Part shown: piece by piece, positions 25,518 through 37,705 of the stretch
Layout of the letters: each line of letters starts with the position of its first letter
Position numbering within the stretch: position 1 is the first letter of the stretch
Source: Leucoraja ocellata
Taxonomy: Eukaryota
Direction of reading: 5' to 3'
NCBI GenBank assembly: GCA_036785375.1
Contig: JAWMAR010000026.1
Location: 248,001-312,000, forward strand
Length of the DNA: 64,000 bases
Program-made: the position numbers and the translations under genes
The notes under the pieces: generated by a model
Seen by the model: the letters and a program-made list of their open reading frames with translations, nothing else
Database searches by the model: none
What the model was told of the DNA's origin: nothing

Positions 25518-26633
25518 TTCCTCGGTCGCGAGTTTCAGTCTTCAATGGAGTTTTTTCTTGCAGAATAAATGTCTGTATGAAATGCAGTGTATTGAATGAA
25601 TTCCTGAATTTGTAAATGTGACCTCAGCATTGAATCACCTCCCGCACTCATGTCACCCTAGCGGGGCTACATGCCCTAAGGCGGCTTAAGGCGACATTTT
25701 CACACTCTTATATCCGTGTGCAGCAGAGGCGCCAAAAATGTCTGGTTTCTTCCAGGTAGGCGATATACCCTCCCGGGCAATATACCCTCCACTTCTCTTT
25801 TATGAAGGTGAATTAGTTCCCCTTTCTTCCAGGACCGACCCGAGGTTCCGCTGTCACCTCTGCGGGCCACCATCGGTGAACGCTCACTCAACTTTGTCTT
25901 GGGATTCCTACTCTCCCGCGCAATGTACCCTCACCTCTTTTATGAATGGGGATTTAGTTCCCCTTTCGTCGAGGACCGACCGGAGGTTCCGCTGTCACCT
26001 CTGCGGGCCGCCCTCGGTGAACGTCCTGTCTCCCTGTCCCTGGGATTATAGGGGGCGATCAAACAGCACAATACCCCCCTCCCCCTCCCCCCCAACTCCA
26101 GAGGAATCCGCTCCCCGATGGGCCGCTACGGCGACAAGTGGCAGTTCGCCCACAGCCCGAGAACAAGACGCACCTTGCACACCAGCAGCAGCTGCCCCTC
26201 TGGAGTTGGAGTGGGGCTGGGCTGGAGTTGCTGATCTGGGATCTCCGTGCTTGCAGTGGGCCTGGAGGTCGGTGTCCCGATGAGAGGGCGCAGCTCGGGC
26301 TGTGGGGGAACTGCCACTTGTCGCCGTAGCGGCCCATCGGGGAGCGGCTTCTGGTGGTCCCGATGTCTCCCGCTAGTTTGCAGTTTTCCTCTGGAGTTGG
26401 AACGGGGCTGGGCTGCTGCTGGCTGTGGGTCTCTGGGTTCTCCGTGCTTGCAGTGGGCCTGGGGATCGGTGTCCCGTTGGTCCTGAAGTCTCCGGTGACT
26501 GGCATTGCCGACGTGAAGACAGTGCAAAGCCCCCACGCCGGTGCAATGAGCGGGGAGCTGGAGAGGGGAGGGAAGGGGTCACACACATGGCCGGGAAGCA
26601 GAGGGGTGTAGGTGGGGTGAAACTGAAGGGAGC

Positions 26634-26755
26634 GACAATCTGCTGCTGCCTACCCGCTGAGTTAAAAAATTCCCACGCAAGACTCACGATACACTGTGTA
26701 TCGTGTCTACCGTTGGAACTTTTAAACTCAGCGGGCAGACAGCAGCATATTGTCA
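26634..26755. repeat. ~120-bp imperfect palindrome/hairpin
   Basis: GACAAT..TGCTGCTG..CCCGCTGAGTT pairs with AACTCAGCGGG..CAGCAGCA..ATTGTC; centre CACGATACAC-T-GTGTATCGTG. Confidence 0.9.
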
Positions 26756-26979
26756 ATTATTAACCCCCCGCGCAATATACCCTCACCTTCTCTTTTATGA
26801 ATGGGGATTTAGTTCCCCTTTCTTCGAGGACCGACCGGAGGTTCCGCTGTCACCTCTGCGGGCCGCCCTCGGTGAACGTTTTCAAGGACCTTTTTTCAAG
26901 GACTGAAAAAATGTCGCTATTCGGAGGTTTTCGTTATTTGGATCTTCGGATAAAAGGTTGTGCACCTGTACTTATAGAT

Positions 26980-27072
26980 GGACACAAAGTGCTGGAGTAA
27001 CTCAACGGGTCAGACAGCATCTCTGGAGAAAAAGGATGGGTGACTTTTCGGGTTGGAACCTTTCTTCAGACT
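26980..27072 (-). mobile_element. Penelope pLTR-derived piece
   Basis: GCTGGAGTAACTCAACGGGTCAGACAGCATC...CTTCAGACT. Confidence 0.7.
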
Positions 27073-27526
27073 CGGTATATTTCAGATTCAGAATAAATAT
27101 GTATTTATTTTTAAAGAGCAAAGGTTTGAATTGACTCAGTGTTCAATATGTAGAATCAGCAATTAACAAGGTAGATGAAATGATAAAGTAGCAAGTCATG
27201 CGGGTGGAGTTTGAGACAAATGTCTATACTTAAGTTGTTTACCTCACCTGGCATTTTGATGTCTGTTCTAGTCATAATAGAATGTGGGAAATCAATGTGG
27301 TGTCAAAGGACTAAGTGATAAGTTTACAGGACTGTGCTATGTGGATGAATTCTTCACAGGATTAAAGGATCAGAGGACCTATTCCTGTTCCTATTTTCTT
27401 GTGTTCTGATCATTTCCAAGCTTTATCAGAGGTGAGTAAAGCTGGAGCTAGAGAAAAAAAAGGAGATGTGCGGGGCAAGTTTTTTACTTTGAGTGATGGA
27501 TGCCTAGAACAAGCTGCGAGGGGTGG

Positions 27527-27845
27527 TTTAGTTTAGTTTAAAGATACAGTGCGGAAACAGGCCCTTTCGGCCCACCGGGTCCACGCCGACCAGCGATCCC
27601 TGCACATTAACACGATCCTACACCCACTAGGGACAATTTTTACATTCACCAAGCTAAATAACCTACAAACCTGTACGTCTTTGGGGTGTGGGAGGAAACT
27701 GAAGATCTCGGAGAAAACCCACGCCGGTCACGGGGAGAACGTACAAACTCCATACAGACAGCATCCGTAGTCAGGATCGAATCTGGGTCCCTGGCGCTGC
27801 ATTCGCTGTAAGGCAGCAACTCTACCACTATCCCACCGTGACCAT
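27527..27845 (-). mobile_element. V-SINE inserted in a CR1 3' fragment (about 27440-27995, + strand)
   Basis: CR1 text ...GAGGGGTGG resumes after the SINE as TGGAGGCAGATAC... Confidence 0.85.
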
Positions 27846-28390
27846 GGAGGCAGATACAGTAGTGGTGTTTAGATGAGCTCATGGATATGCAGAGAGTGGA
27901 GGGATATGGATCGTGTGCAGGCAGATGAAATTAATTTATTTTGGCTTGTTTGGAAGACTGAAGGGTCTATTTCTGTACTGTACTGTTCTGTATTCTATAA
28001 ATTCTGGGCGTCATCAAATGCATACAGGAAAGGACGAGTGTTAAAAGGTTCAAGTTGTCTGAGAGAGAACATCAGTGAGGAAAATGAAAGGAGAAAACAA
28101 AATGGAACTGCATTGAAGCACTTTTCTCAGTCACCCCAATTATAATGACTGCGACTGAAACAACTAATTAGTGAGTTATTATAGTTTCTAATTATCCGCA
28201 ACGCTTTGTTATGTACTCACCACTGGGTCGAAAGATTATAGGCTCAAAATTGCTTTGTTCACTTTTAATGACTTAAACGCTGTTTGTGAAAGTACATAAA
28301 AGTTTAAATCTTCCATTGTGAAGTTGCCAGTTTCAGCACAGTATTAAAAGAAATACTGCAGATGCCAGAAAACTGAAATGAAAATGGAAA

Positions 28391-28703
28391 TTTAGTTTAC
28401 TTTAATTTAGAGATACAGTGCGGAAACAGGTCTTTCGGCCCACTGAGTCTGCATTGACCAGCAATTCTTGCACATTAACACTATCCTACACATACTGGGG
28501 CCAATTCTTCATTGATACCAAGCGAATTAACCTGCAAACCTGTACGTCTTTGGAGTGTGGGAAGAAACCAGAGATCTCGGAGAAAACCGACGCTGGTCAT
28601 GGGGAGAACGTTCAAACTCCGTACAGATAAGCACCCATTGTCAAAATCAAACCCAGGTCTCTGGTGCTGTAAGGCAGTAGCTCTACCGCTACGCTACCAT
28701 GCC
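28391..28703 (-). mobile_element. V-SINE inserted in an old Penelope-derived foldback (about 28350-28860)
   Basis: Full V-SINE; flanks carry ACTGCAGATGC and AGCATCTGCAG...CAGCATTTTGT. Confidence 0.8.
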
Positions 28704-29071
28704 GACCTACGGACATGGCGGCAAACAGTCAAGTAGCATCTGCAGAAAGAGAAATCAAGTTCAAGTTACAGATCTATCGTGGAACTAACTCTCCCTTTCT
28801 ACAGATGCTCCTGACCTGCAAAACGTTTCCAGCATTTTGTATTTTTGTTTTAATTTCAGTATGGCATTCATGGTGGATATGTTGCATTTTTTTGCAGCTT
28901 TTGAAACATTGCACAGCAGGTTCAATCGCTGTGCAATGTGGGATAACATAAAAGCCAGCTGTTAAAGGATGTTAGGATAATGCAACTAATACTTGTATAA
29001 CTGAAGGGATTTCTGCTACTGATTGAATATGTGCTGAGATGGTCAAGTGGAATAGATCAGTTTGGAGGTTT

Positions 29072-29240
29072 GGCATGGAAAGAGCCCCTTCAGCCCACCA
29101 AGTCCACGGTGGGCTCACTCCACTAGTTCTATCCTATGCCCTAAGGCCAATTGACCTATACCCTCGCACGTCTTTGGAATGTGTGAGGAAACGGGAGCTC
29201 CCAGAGTAAATCCTTGTGGTTACAGTGAGCATGTACAAAC
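29072..29240 (-). mobile_element. V-SINE fragment
   Basis: GCACGTCTTTGGAATGTGTGAGGAAAC core. Confidence 0.7.
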
Positions 29241-29357
29241 TTAGTACATTAAGTGTAAGTAGATCTTCAGCAACCAATTCATCAGCTCAAAATGTTTCCT
29301 CCATCTGATACTGCTATTATGTTGTGGTTAGTTATACAATTTTAATATCTACAAAAG

Positions 29358-29635
29358 CAGCACAGTGACACAATGACCCACATTTGATTCTTCCATCGGG
29401 TGCTGCCTTTGTGGAGATTGCACATACTCCCTTTGACCACATGAGTTTCCCCCAGGTGCTCCTATTTCCTCCCACATCGCAAAGACGTACTGTTTTGTAG
29501 GTTAATTAGCTTCTGTAAATTGCCCCTCATGTGTAGGTCAATGGATGCGTAAGTGGGAGAACATAAAACTAGTGTGAACAGGTCGGTGTGGACTTGTTGG
29601 CTGACGGGACTGTTTCCATTCTGTATCTTTAAACT
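29358..29635 (+). mobile_element. V-SINE
   Basis: TTTCCTCCCACATCGCAAAGACGTAC...GTAGGTTAATTAGC core. Confidence 0.75.
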
Positions 29636-30204
29636 CATCGATAAAATGATAGCGGTTTTCACCAATTCAACAACATCCCGATGAATGCAATTCTGTGTAA
29701 AATGCCTTGAAACATTTTTGAGAGATTTGATTTTGAGGAAGAATTAATGTATGCCTGTATATTTTTATTGTTATGAGAAATTAATTGAACACTTCTTTCA
29801 TTTATTAACATCCAGAGCTGCAACTCAACTTTGGTAAAGGTGTAATACCACAATTTGTGGACTAGAACCAGATATTCTCAGTCACAGGTGCAAAAGAAAT
29901 ACACTGTGCATAACTTTACAATAGTTAGACCTAAGTAATGAAAATCAATTGGAAGCTAAAATATTTGCCAGGATATTATTAATATGGGCAGTATTTCAGA
30001 ATTATTTTGTGTCCAAATAAATAAATTTTATTATTTCGGATCTAATTTGATCTGGAATAGTGCTTTGTGAAAATTTGTAGTTCTTCCAATGAGGTGGAAT
30101 TAATATATAAAGTTAAATTTAAAAAATGATAACATGTAAGTCCTTAAATCAGATGTTGGAGCAAATCTGTAACGTTTAGAGATGACAGTGTGAAAGTAAA
30201 TTGC

Positions 30205-30960
30205 ATTGCCGCAAATTTTAAGAGTGCAGAGAAGGTTTACGAGCATGTTGCCAGGGCTTGTCTGAGCAAAAGACAGTGGTTGGGTAGGCTCAGAGTGTCT
30301 TAGAGGTTTATTCCTTGGAGTGCAGGAGGATGAGGGGTTATGTTATAGAGGTGTATAATATCGTGAGGGGAATAATTAGGATGGAGCCTCTTTTCCAGAG
30401 AAGGGGAATCAAGAAGCAGGGGACAAGGGTTTAACGTGAGAGGAGAAAGATTTAAGGGCCTGTCCTACTGTACGACCTAATTCAAGAATTCTCTCGAGTT
30501 TATCCTGATTCGAACTCGGAGAATTACGGTAAATGCCGCTCATAGGTACTCATAAGTGCTCTCGTGGACATTTTTCAACATGTTGAAAAACTTCACGGGT
30601 CTTCACGAGCTTACCCCATTTCCCGAGTACCTGCCGTTAGCGTTACGAGCCGCTAAAAGATGTCCCGAGCTCCGACGTACCCGCTACGTACATTCTACAT
30701 GCTTACCACGAGTTTGATTTTTTTTTTAACTCGGGAGAGCTCTTCAATTACCTCGAACAGTGGGGCAGGCCCTTTAATAGAAACATGAGAGGCCATCTTT
30801 TCACCTGCCAGAGGAGGTAGTTGAAGCAGGTACTATCACAACATTTAAAAGACATTTGGACAGGTACATGCATTGGAAAGATTTAGAGGCATATGCATGC
30901 AGGTGGGACTAGTGTGGACGTTGGGCTAATTGGGCCATGCTCTATGAATCTGGGACTCTT
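30205..30960 (+). mobile_element. CR1 (HER1-like) 3' fragment interrupted by a MITE
   Basis: AGAGTGCAGAGAAGGTTTACGAGCATGTTGCCAGG...GACATTTGGACAGGTACATG. Confidence 0.8.
30455..30773. mobile_element. PIF/Harbinger-type MITE, 319 bp
   Basis: ~45-bp imperfect TIRs starting AGGGCCTG(T/C)C(C)(T/C)ACTGT; TTA TSD at 30452-30454 and 30774-30776; removing it restores CR1 AAAGATTTAATAG. Confidence 0.9.
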
Positions 30961-31275
30961 TATGACAAGTTTTGAGTAAAATTTCAGAACTTCTTTAACT
31001 ACAAAACCCCTGGAAGGGAGCATTGTAAGAAGCCAAAACAATGTGAGCTTGTATTTTTACCATTGCACCTACTTCCACAGAGGGCTCTATCTAGCAACCA
31101 ACCTGAGAAGTGGTCATGTTCACTGCAAGTGTAATTGGAGTAGCTGCTTTACACCAGAGCCAAAGCACTGGTGTGACCTGGGTGTGAAGCAGAGATGCTG
31201 TGTCATTTATTGATGGGTTCTGCAATGTCATGTTGAGGTTGTACCTCTTTATCAATAAAAATTAGAATCAGTGTG

Positions 31276-31615
31276 CAGGTCCACCACCGACTTTCTGGCA
31301 ATTGGTGGTCCAGTCTCGACTGTAATACAAACAAAATCCCCCCCACACCCCCAGTTCCCCCTGAAAATGTGGCGGCTGGGGAGGCGCCTGGGAGAGCAGG
31401 CTGGGAGAGGCGGCTGATCTCAATCCCATCTGGACTTCTGCAGCCGGGGCTCTGGAATTCCGACCTGGTCAGAGCTGGCAGACCCATTCCCATAGCTGAC
31501 CTCTTCAGCTGACTTTGCGGGCCCCTCCGAGGCCATGACGTCCGTTGGACTGGCAAAACAGTTCATCCAGAAAGGCTCTGGAACCAAGGGTGCCGGAAAC
31601 TCGGTGGCGGACCTG
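31276..31615. mobile_element. pogo/Tigger-like MITE, 340 bp
   Basis: 25-bp TIRs CAGGTCC(A/G)CCACCGA(C/G)TTTC(T/C)GGCA; flanks are TG and TC rather than a clean TA. Confidence 0.75.
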
Positions 31616-33509
31616 TCGATACCTTCTTTTGTTTTTTTTCTGAATAACGCATGAAATGCTTGATATTGTTCATCACTCTTTCATATTGAAATTTACAAAT
31701 ATCTTGTTTGCACAAGGTGAACTACTTGGCTATCTGTGTAAGAGGTGAGCTAGAAGTAGCCTTGCTGTAAATATTAAACCAGGCACACCCAGTTCTCTAA
31801 AAACCACTTATTCCAAGTGTCATAGACTAATTTGAGCTGATTGCTTCTCAGTAACGACTCCAATTTCCAAAAAGAAGATGGAAGACACCAGCTGTTTCAA
31901 GAACAAATTAGTTTCAAGTTCACCATCAGTTACTTTCATCGACTAGCTGCCGAATACCAATTTTTCACCTGCATGAAACTAGTTGTATTTAATTAGGCAA
32001 TAATGGATGCTTCTGCTTAATCATTAGTTTGCTAAGATGTTGCAGTGATTGTAATACGACAAAAACACGCTGAATTTATAATGGATGCTGCAAGAAAGTA
32101 AGATTTAGGTTGCTCCCATTGGATTGAAGTTGAGACAGAAAAATCTGTTTAATAAATATAAACAATAAATATTTTTTTATTGTGAAACTGATTAAAAATA
32201 AGAAAATATAACTGAAAGAAATGATGATTTTTAAATAGACCTTCAGATTTTCCACTTCAGTGTATACATCAAGTTACTAATGAGATGTTTTTGCAGAACA
32301 GATGATAATTGCACAGACTGCTGTTACTTTTGCATATTACGTTTCAGTTAAAAACAATACAAGACAAATTAAGCTGATAATAGGATAGTAAAACCAAGTT
32401 GTAAATGCTGTCATTGCGGGAACACGGTTCAACTGATGAGGAAGATTTATCAGATAGATACATGGCACTCTTTCATTACGCTATAAAAACACAAGAGGTT
32501 CTGAAGGGTTATAAATGCAAAGGAATAAAAGTAGTGGAAGAGAATGACCCAATGTACCCCAACCTCGGGATTAACATTCCCGTCACGCACTGGATACAAT
32601 TGTGGAGTGCTGCTGACAATTTTTTTCTTTCTATAATGTGGAATGAAATACCAGTCTGTTTCAAGAACAACTACACAAAGATAGGATGTCACTGGCTCCA
32701 GACTTAATCTTCTGTTTAATCCTGAAAAGATCAACTGCAGTGTAGTTGTAAAAGTTTCATCACATTAAATGCTCTGTAACATTGTGAATACACAAATAGA
32801 ACAACATAGGCATTAGGTCACCCATGTTATTGATGCGAGAGTGAGCGAGAGATCTTTCTCGAGGTATTCTCCTGCTTTTAATAGGTCCGGTATTGTTCCT
32901 GTCTGTAAAGCCTTGGTTCAGTTTGTAGGAAAAGGGGAATCTAAATCAATAGTCCACTTGTTGGGAACAAATGAATTATTCTTACATGAATGTAATGCAG
33001 CACTTCCACAGCCCACTGAACAGCTTTGTGAAGGAGATGAACTGTGCAAAATCATCTGCAGCTCTCAGTAATAACGCATTGTGCAAGTTAATTTTTATTT
33101 CATATACTGGGACAAGACTCTGTCCTTGTGTAAGAACAACTTATGAAAGGGAAAAAAAAGTCATTGCAATGAAACATGATACATGAGAACATCTTAAGTG
33201 CGTTTGGGGGATAAAGCACCTCACAGTGTGTTAAACCCTCAGAAGTGTACCTTGCAATGGTACATTTTTCAGCAGATCTGCGTGATTGTGGGGAATAGTG
33301 CACTGCAAAGAATTTGTGTGACTAAAGTGCTAATTGCTTTTAATGTAATGTGATGTGCAAGCTCCCCAGGTGCATCAGGTCTGTTTGAGTACTTTACATA
33401 TTGGGTACATTTTGTTCCGTGTGTAAAGTACAATTTCTTTACCGAGACTAGCATGCTTAACGTAATACGTCAGTAAAACCCTTTTTCTCTAATTAATCTA
33501 ACGAAGATC

Positions 33510-36500
33510 TTTGACTTGACCAGTGATGAATGTACGAAAAGTGGCAGGCCGGCAAATCCAGGGCAAAAATCAAAAAGGGCCACTTTTCAGCATAATAGTA
33601 TGAGGGGTAAGAGTGTTGTAAAAACAGGCCTGAAGGCTTTGTGTCTCAATGCAAGGAGCATTCGTAATAAGGTGGATGAGTTGAATGTGCAGATAGCTAT
33701 TAATGACCATGATATAGTTGGGATCACGGAGACATGGCTCCAGGGTGACCAAGGCTGGGAGCTGAACATCCAGGGATATTCAATATTCAGGAGGGAAAGG
33801 AGGTGGGGTAGCGTTGCTGGTTAGAGAGCAGATTAACGCAATAGAAAGGAAGGACATTAGCTTTGAGGATGTGGAATCGATATGGGTAGAGCTGCGAAAC
33901 ACTAAGGGGCAGAAAATGCTAGTGGGAGTTGTGTACAGGCCACCTAACAGTAGTAGTGGAGTTGGGGATGGCATCAAACAGGAAATTAGAAATGCGTGCA
34001 ACAAAGGTAAAACAGTTATAATGGGTGACTTCAATCTACATATAGATTGGGTGAATCAAATTGGCAAGGGTGCTGAGGAAGAGGATTTCTTGGAATGTAT
34101 TCGGGATAGTTTTCTAAACCAACATGTAGAGGAACTAACGAGAGAGCAGGCTATTCTAGACTGGGTATTGAGTAATGAGGAAGGGTTAGTTAGCAGTCTT
34201 GTTGTGCGTGGCCCCTTGGGCAAGAGTGACCATAATATGGTTGAGTGCTTCATTAGGATGGAGAGTGACATTGTTAATTCAGAAACAAGGGTCCTGAACT
34301 TAAAGAAAGGTAACTTTGAGGGTATGAGACATGAATTGGCCAAGATAGACTGCCGATTGATTCTTAATGGGTTGATGGTGGATATGCAATGGAAGGCATT
34401 TAAAGACTGCATGGATGAACTACAACAATTGTTCATCCCAGTTTGGCAAAAAAATAAATCAGGGAAGGTAGTGCATCCGTGGGAACAAGGGAAATCAGGG
34501 ATAGTATCAAAACAAAAGATGAAGCGTACAAATTAGCCAGAAAAAGCAGCCTACCAGAGGACTGGGAGAAATTCAGAGACCAGCAGAGGAGGACAAAGGG
34601 CTTAATTAGGAAAGGGAAAATAGATTATGAAAGAAAACTGGCAGGGAATATAAAAACTGACTGCAAAAGCTTTTATAGATATGTGAAGAGAAAAAGATTA
34701 GTTAAAACAAATGTAGGTCCCTTGCAGTCAGAAACGGGTGAATTGATCATGGGGAACAAGGACATGGCAGACCAATTGAATAACTACTTTGGTTCTGTCT
34801 TCACTAAGGAAGACATCAAAAATCTGCCGGAACTAGCAGGGGACCGGGGGTCAAATGAGATGGAGGAACTGAGTGAAATCCAGGTTAGCCGGGAAGTGGT
34901 GTTAGGTAAATTGAATGGATTAAAGGCCGATAAATCCCCAGGGCCAGATAGGCTGCATCCCAGAGTACTTAAGGAAGTAGCCCCAGAAATAGTGGATACA
35001 TTAGTGATAATTTTTCAAAACTCTTTAGATTCTGGAGTAGTTCCTGAGGATTGGAGGGTAGCTAATGTAACACCACTTTTTAAAAAGGGAGGGAGAGAGA
35101 AAACGGGGAAATACAGACCAGTTAGTCTAACGTCGGTAGTGGGGAAACTGCTAGAATCAGTTATTAAAGATGGGATAGCAGCACATTTGGAAAGTGGTGA
35201 AATCATTGGACAAAGTCAGCATGGATTTATGAAGGGTAAATCATGTCTGACGAATCTTATAGAATTTTTCGAGGATGTAACTAGTATAGTGGATAAGGGA
35301 GAACCAGTGGATGTGTTATATCTGGACTTTCAGAAGGCTTTCGACAAGGTCCCACATAAGAGATTAGTATACAAACTTAAAGCACACGGTATTGGGGGTT
35401 CGGTATTGATGTGGATAGAGAACTGGTTGGCAGCCAGGAAGCAAAGAGTAAGAGTAAACGGGTCCTTTTCACAATTGCAGGCAGTGACTAGTGGGGTACC
35501 GCAAGGCTCAGTTCCGGAACCCCAGCTATTTACGATATATATTAATGATTTGGACGAGGGAATTGAATGCAACATCTCCAAGTTTGCGGATGACACAAAG
35601 CTGGGGGGCAGTGTTAGCTGTGAGGAGGATGCTAGGAGGCTGCAAGGTGACTTGGATAGACTGGGTGAGTGGGCAAATGCATGGCACATGCAGTATAATG
35701 TGGATAAATGTGAGGTTATCCACTTTGGTGGCAAAAACAGGAAAGTAGATGATTATCTGAATGGTGGCTGATTAGGAAAGGGGGAGATGCAACGAGACCT
35801 GGGTGTCATGGTACACCAGTCTTTAAAAGTAGGCATGCAGGTGCAGAAGGCAGTGAAGAAGGCGAATGGTATGTTAGCATTCATAGCAAAAGGATTTGAG
35901 TATAGGAGCAGGGAGGTTCTACTGCAGTTGTACAGGGTCTTGGTGAGACCACACCTGGAGTATTGCGCACAGTTTTGGTCTCCTAATCTGAGGAAAGACA
36001 TTCTTGCCATAGAGGGAGTACAGAGAAGGTTCACCAGACTGATTCCTGGGATTTCAGGACTTTCATATGAAGAAAGACTGGATAGACTCGGTTTGTACTC
36101 GCTCGAATTTAGAGGATTGAGGGGGGATCTTATAGAAACTTACAAAATTCTTAAGGGGTTGGACAGGCTAGATGCAGGAAGATTGATCCCGATGTTGGGG
36201 AAGTCCAGAACAAGGGGTCACAGTTTAAGGATAAGGGGGAAATCTTTTAGGATCGAGATGAGGAAAACTTTTTTCACACAGAGCATGGAGAATCGGTGGA
36301 ATTCTCTGCCGCAGAAGGTAGTTGAGGCCAGTTCATTGGCTATATGTAAGAGGGAGTTAGATGTGGCCCTTGTGGCTAAAGGGATCAGGGGGTATGGAGA
36401 GAAGGCTCCTGAGTTGGATGATCAGCCATGATCATATTGAATGGCGGTGCAGGCTCGAAGGGCTGAATGGCCTACTCCTGCACCTATTTTCTATGTTTCT

Positions 36501-36511
36501 ATGTTTCTATG
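33510..36511 (+). mobile_element. 5'-truncated CR1 LINE with near-complete ORF2 and 3'UTR
   Basis: APE and RT domains, 3'UTR and (TTTCTATG)n tail ending at 36511; the 5' boundary is approximate and no TSD was found. Confidence 0.95.
33600..36431 (+). pseudogene. CR1 ORF2 (APE endonuclease + reverse transcriptase), disrupted
   Basis: LNARSIRNK, GITETWL, VYRPP, MGDFN, SDH (APE); KSPGPD, YRPVSL, QHGF, LDFQKAFD, GVPQGS, FADD (RT). Frameshifts near 33800 and 34480 and an in-frame TGA at 35769-35771. Confidence 0.95.
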
Positions 36512-36754
36512 AATACAGAATGACAGCGTTCTCCTTTTCGCTTCTTTGCCTCAGCTTAGCTGTGAATCATAGATGGAAGAGGGATTGTAGCTAACAGTGG
36601 CACTTTAAGCAGTTTTTAAGTCTCAAGCTTTTGATTATAAAAGTAAAAACATGGAGAAATCTCAACACGAACATTATTATAAAGGGCTTTAATAATCTGT
36701 TATAATGTTCATAGTAATTATTATCTGCAGATAATAAACCTACAATTTATAATA

Positions 36755-37302
36755 ACGAGGAACTGCAGATGCTGGTTTAGCAAGGCCAGACACAAAATGC
36801 TGGAATAACTCAGTGTGTCTGGCAGCATCCGTTAAGAAGGTGACTGAATGCGGTGGGGGAGGGGAGGAAGTGGGGATGGAGGGGAGAAAGAAAGCTGGAA
36901 GAGCGGAAGGGCAGGACAAAGCAAGTAATCGGTGAACATGGCAAGGGTTTTTTTTGATAGGCCGATTGTTGGTCAAAGGCCAGTGATGAAAAAAACAGGT
37001 ATGGGCCAAAAGGATAAAGAGTTGTAAATTGTGAAGCTCGAGGATAGAAAAGGTGTGAATTGTGAAGCTGGAGGAAGGAAAAGGAAGATGGGAGAGGGGA
37101 ATAACTGGTGCAAGGTCTCCCTGAGTTAATGTGGAGGGGAGTGAGGGGGGAAAGAAAAGAGTTTGGAGGAGAAATGGGAGGGGGGAAGGGGTTGTTTGTA
37201 GACGTTAGTTAAAATAGGATAAATCAACATTCATAGCATTGGGTTGTAAGCTATCCAAGCGGAATATGAGGTGCTGCTCCTCTAATTTGTGTGTGGCCTC
37301 GG
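36755..37302 (-). mobile_element. Penelope-like element 3' end with GIY-YIG C-terminal tail
   Basis: Minus strand about 37300-37206 translates EATHKLEEQHLIFRLDSLQPNAMNVDLSYFN*, followed by 3'UTR and the pLTR tail; the hammerhead segment is deleted. Confidence 0.8.
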
Positions 37303-37539
37303 GCAAAATATATCCTACATTTTATGTGGCATCTTTCTAAAACAAAAATAATCTTTCCAGTTTTCAACAAATTGTATTTTAAGACATTGCATTTCTGCAC
37401 ATGTTCAATGTGTAAATCGATCTTGTTTGTCACCCATGTCCCTTCTGTTATCAGAACTCTTCTATGAGCTAGGGTATAGTCCTGATCTTCCAGCCTACCT
37501 CATTGTGGGCATTGAACTTTTTATCTGAGAAAACTATAT

Positions 37540-37705
37540 TCTGCACTTATTTCTATACTGTGCTGGTACTTCTCTCTATGCTCTTCCTGTGTATTTGATC
37601 ATATTCCAGTATTATCAGATTGATTGGATAACTCAAAAGCAAAAGCTTTCCACTGTATATCGGTATGTGGCAATAATAAATCAACACCAATATCAATACC
37701 AATAA
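37540..37705 (+). mobile_element. Rex1-type 3' tail
   Basis: AAAAGCTTTTCCACTGTATATCGGTATGTGGCAATAATAAA. Confidence 0.6.

Larger units (their letters stand above)
25347..26968. mobile_element. Non-autonomous Tc1/mariner (pogo/Tigger-like) DNA transposon, 1622 bp
   Basis: Perfect 23-bp TIRs CAGGTGCACAACCTTTTATCCGA; TA TSD at 25345-25346 and 26969-26970; no transposase ORF; complex internal repeats. Confidence 0.9.

Noticed and set aside
25768-25882. Ribozyme fold in the triplicated 112-bp unit
   Set aside because: I could not fit HDV or hammerhead topology by hand on either strand; only short hairpins.
25700-27000. Long GC-rich ORFs (up to 181 aa) as a possible transposase
   Set aside because: No DDE or HTH motifs; the ORFs repeat the internal DNA modules on both strands.
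32405-32707. 100-aa ORF beginning MLSLREHGSTDEEDLS, faintly like hAT LxLRGH motifs
   Set aside because: The resemblance covers only a few residues, with no TIRs, splice context or further motifs; it would need an HMMER hit.
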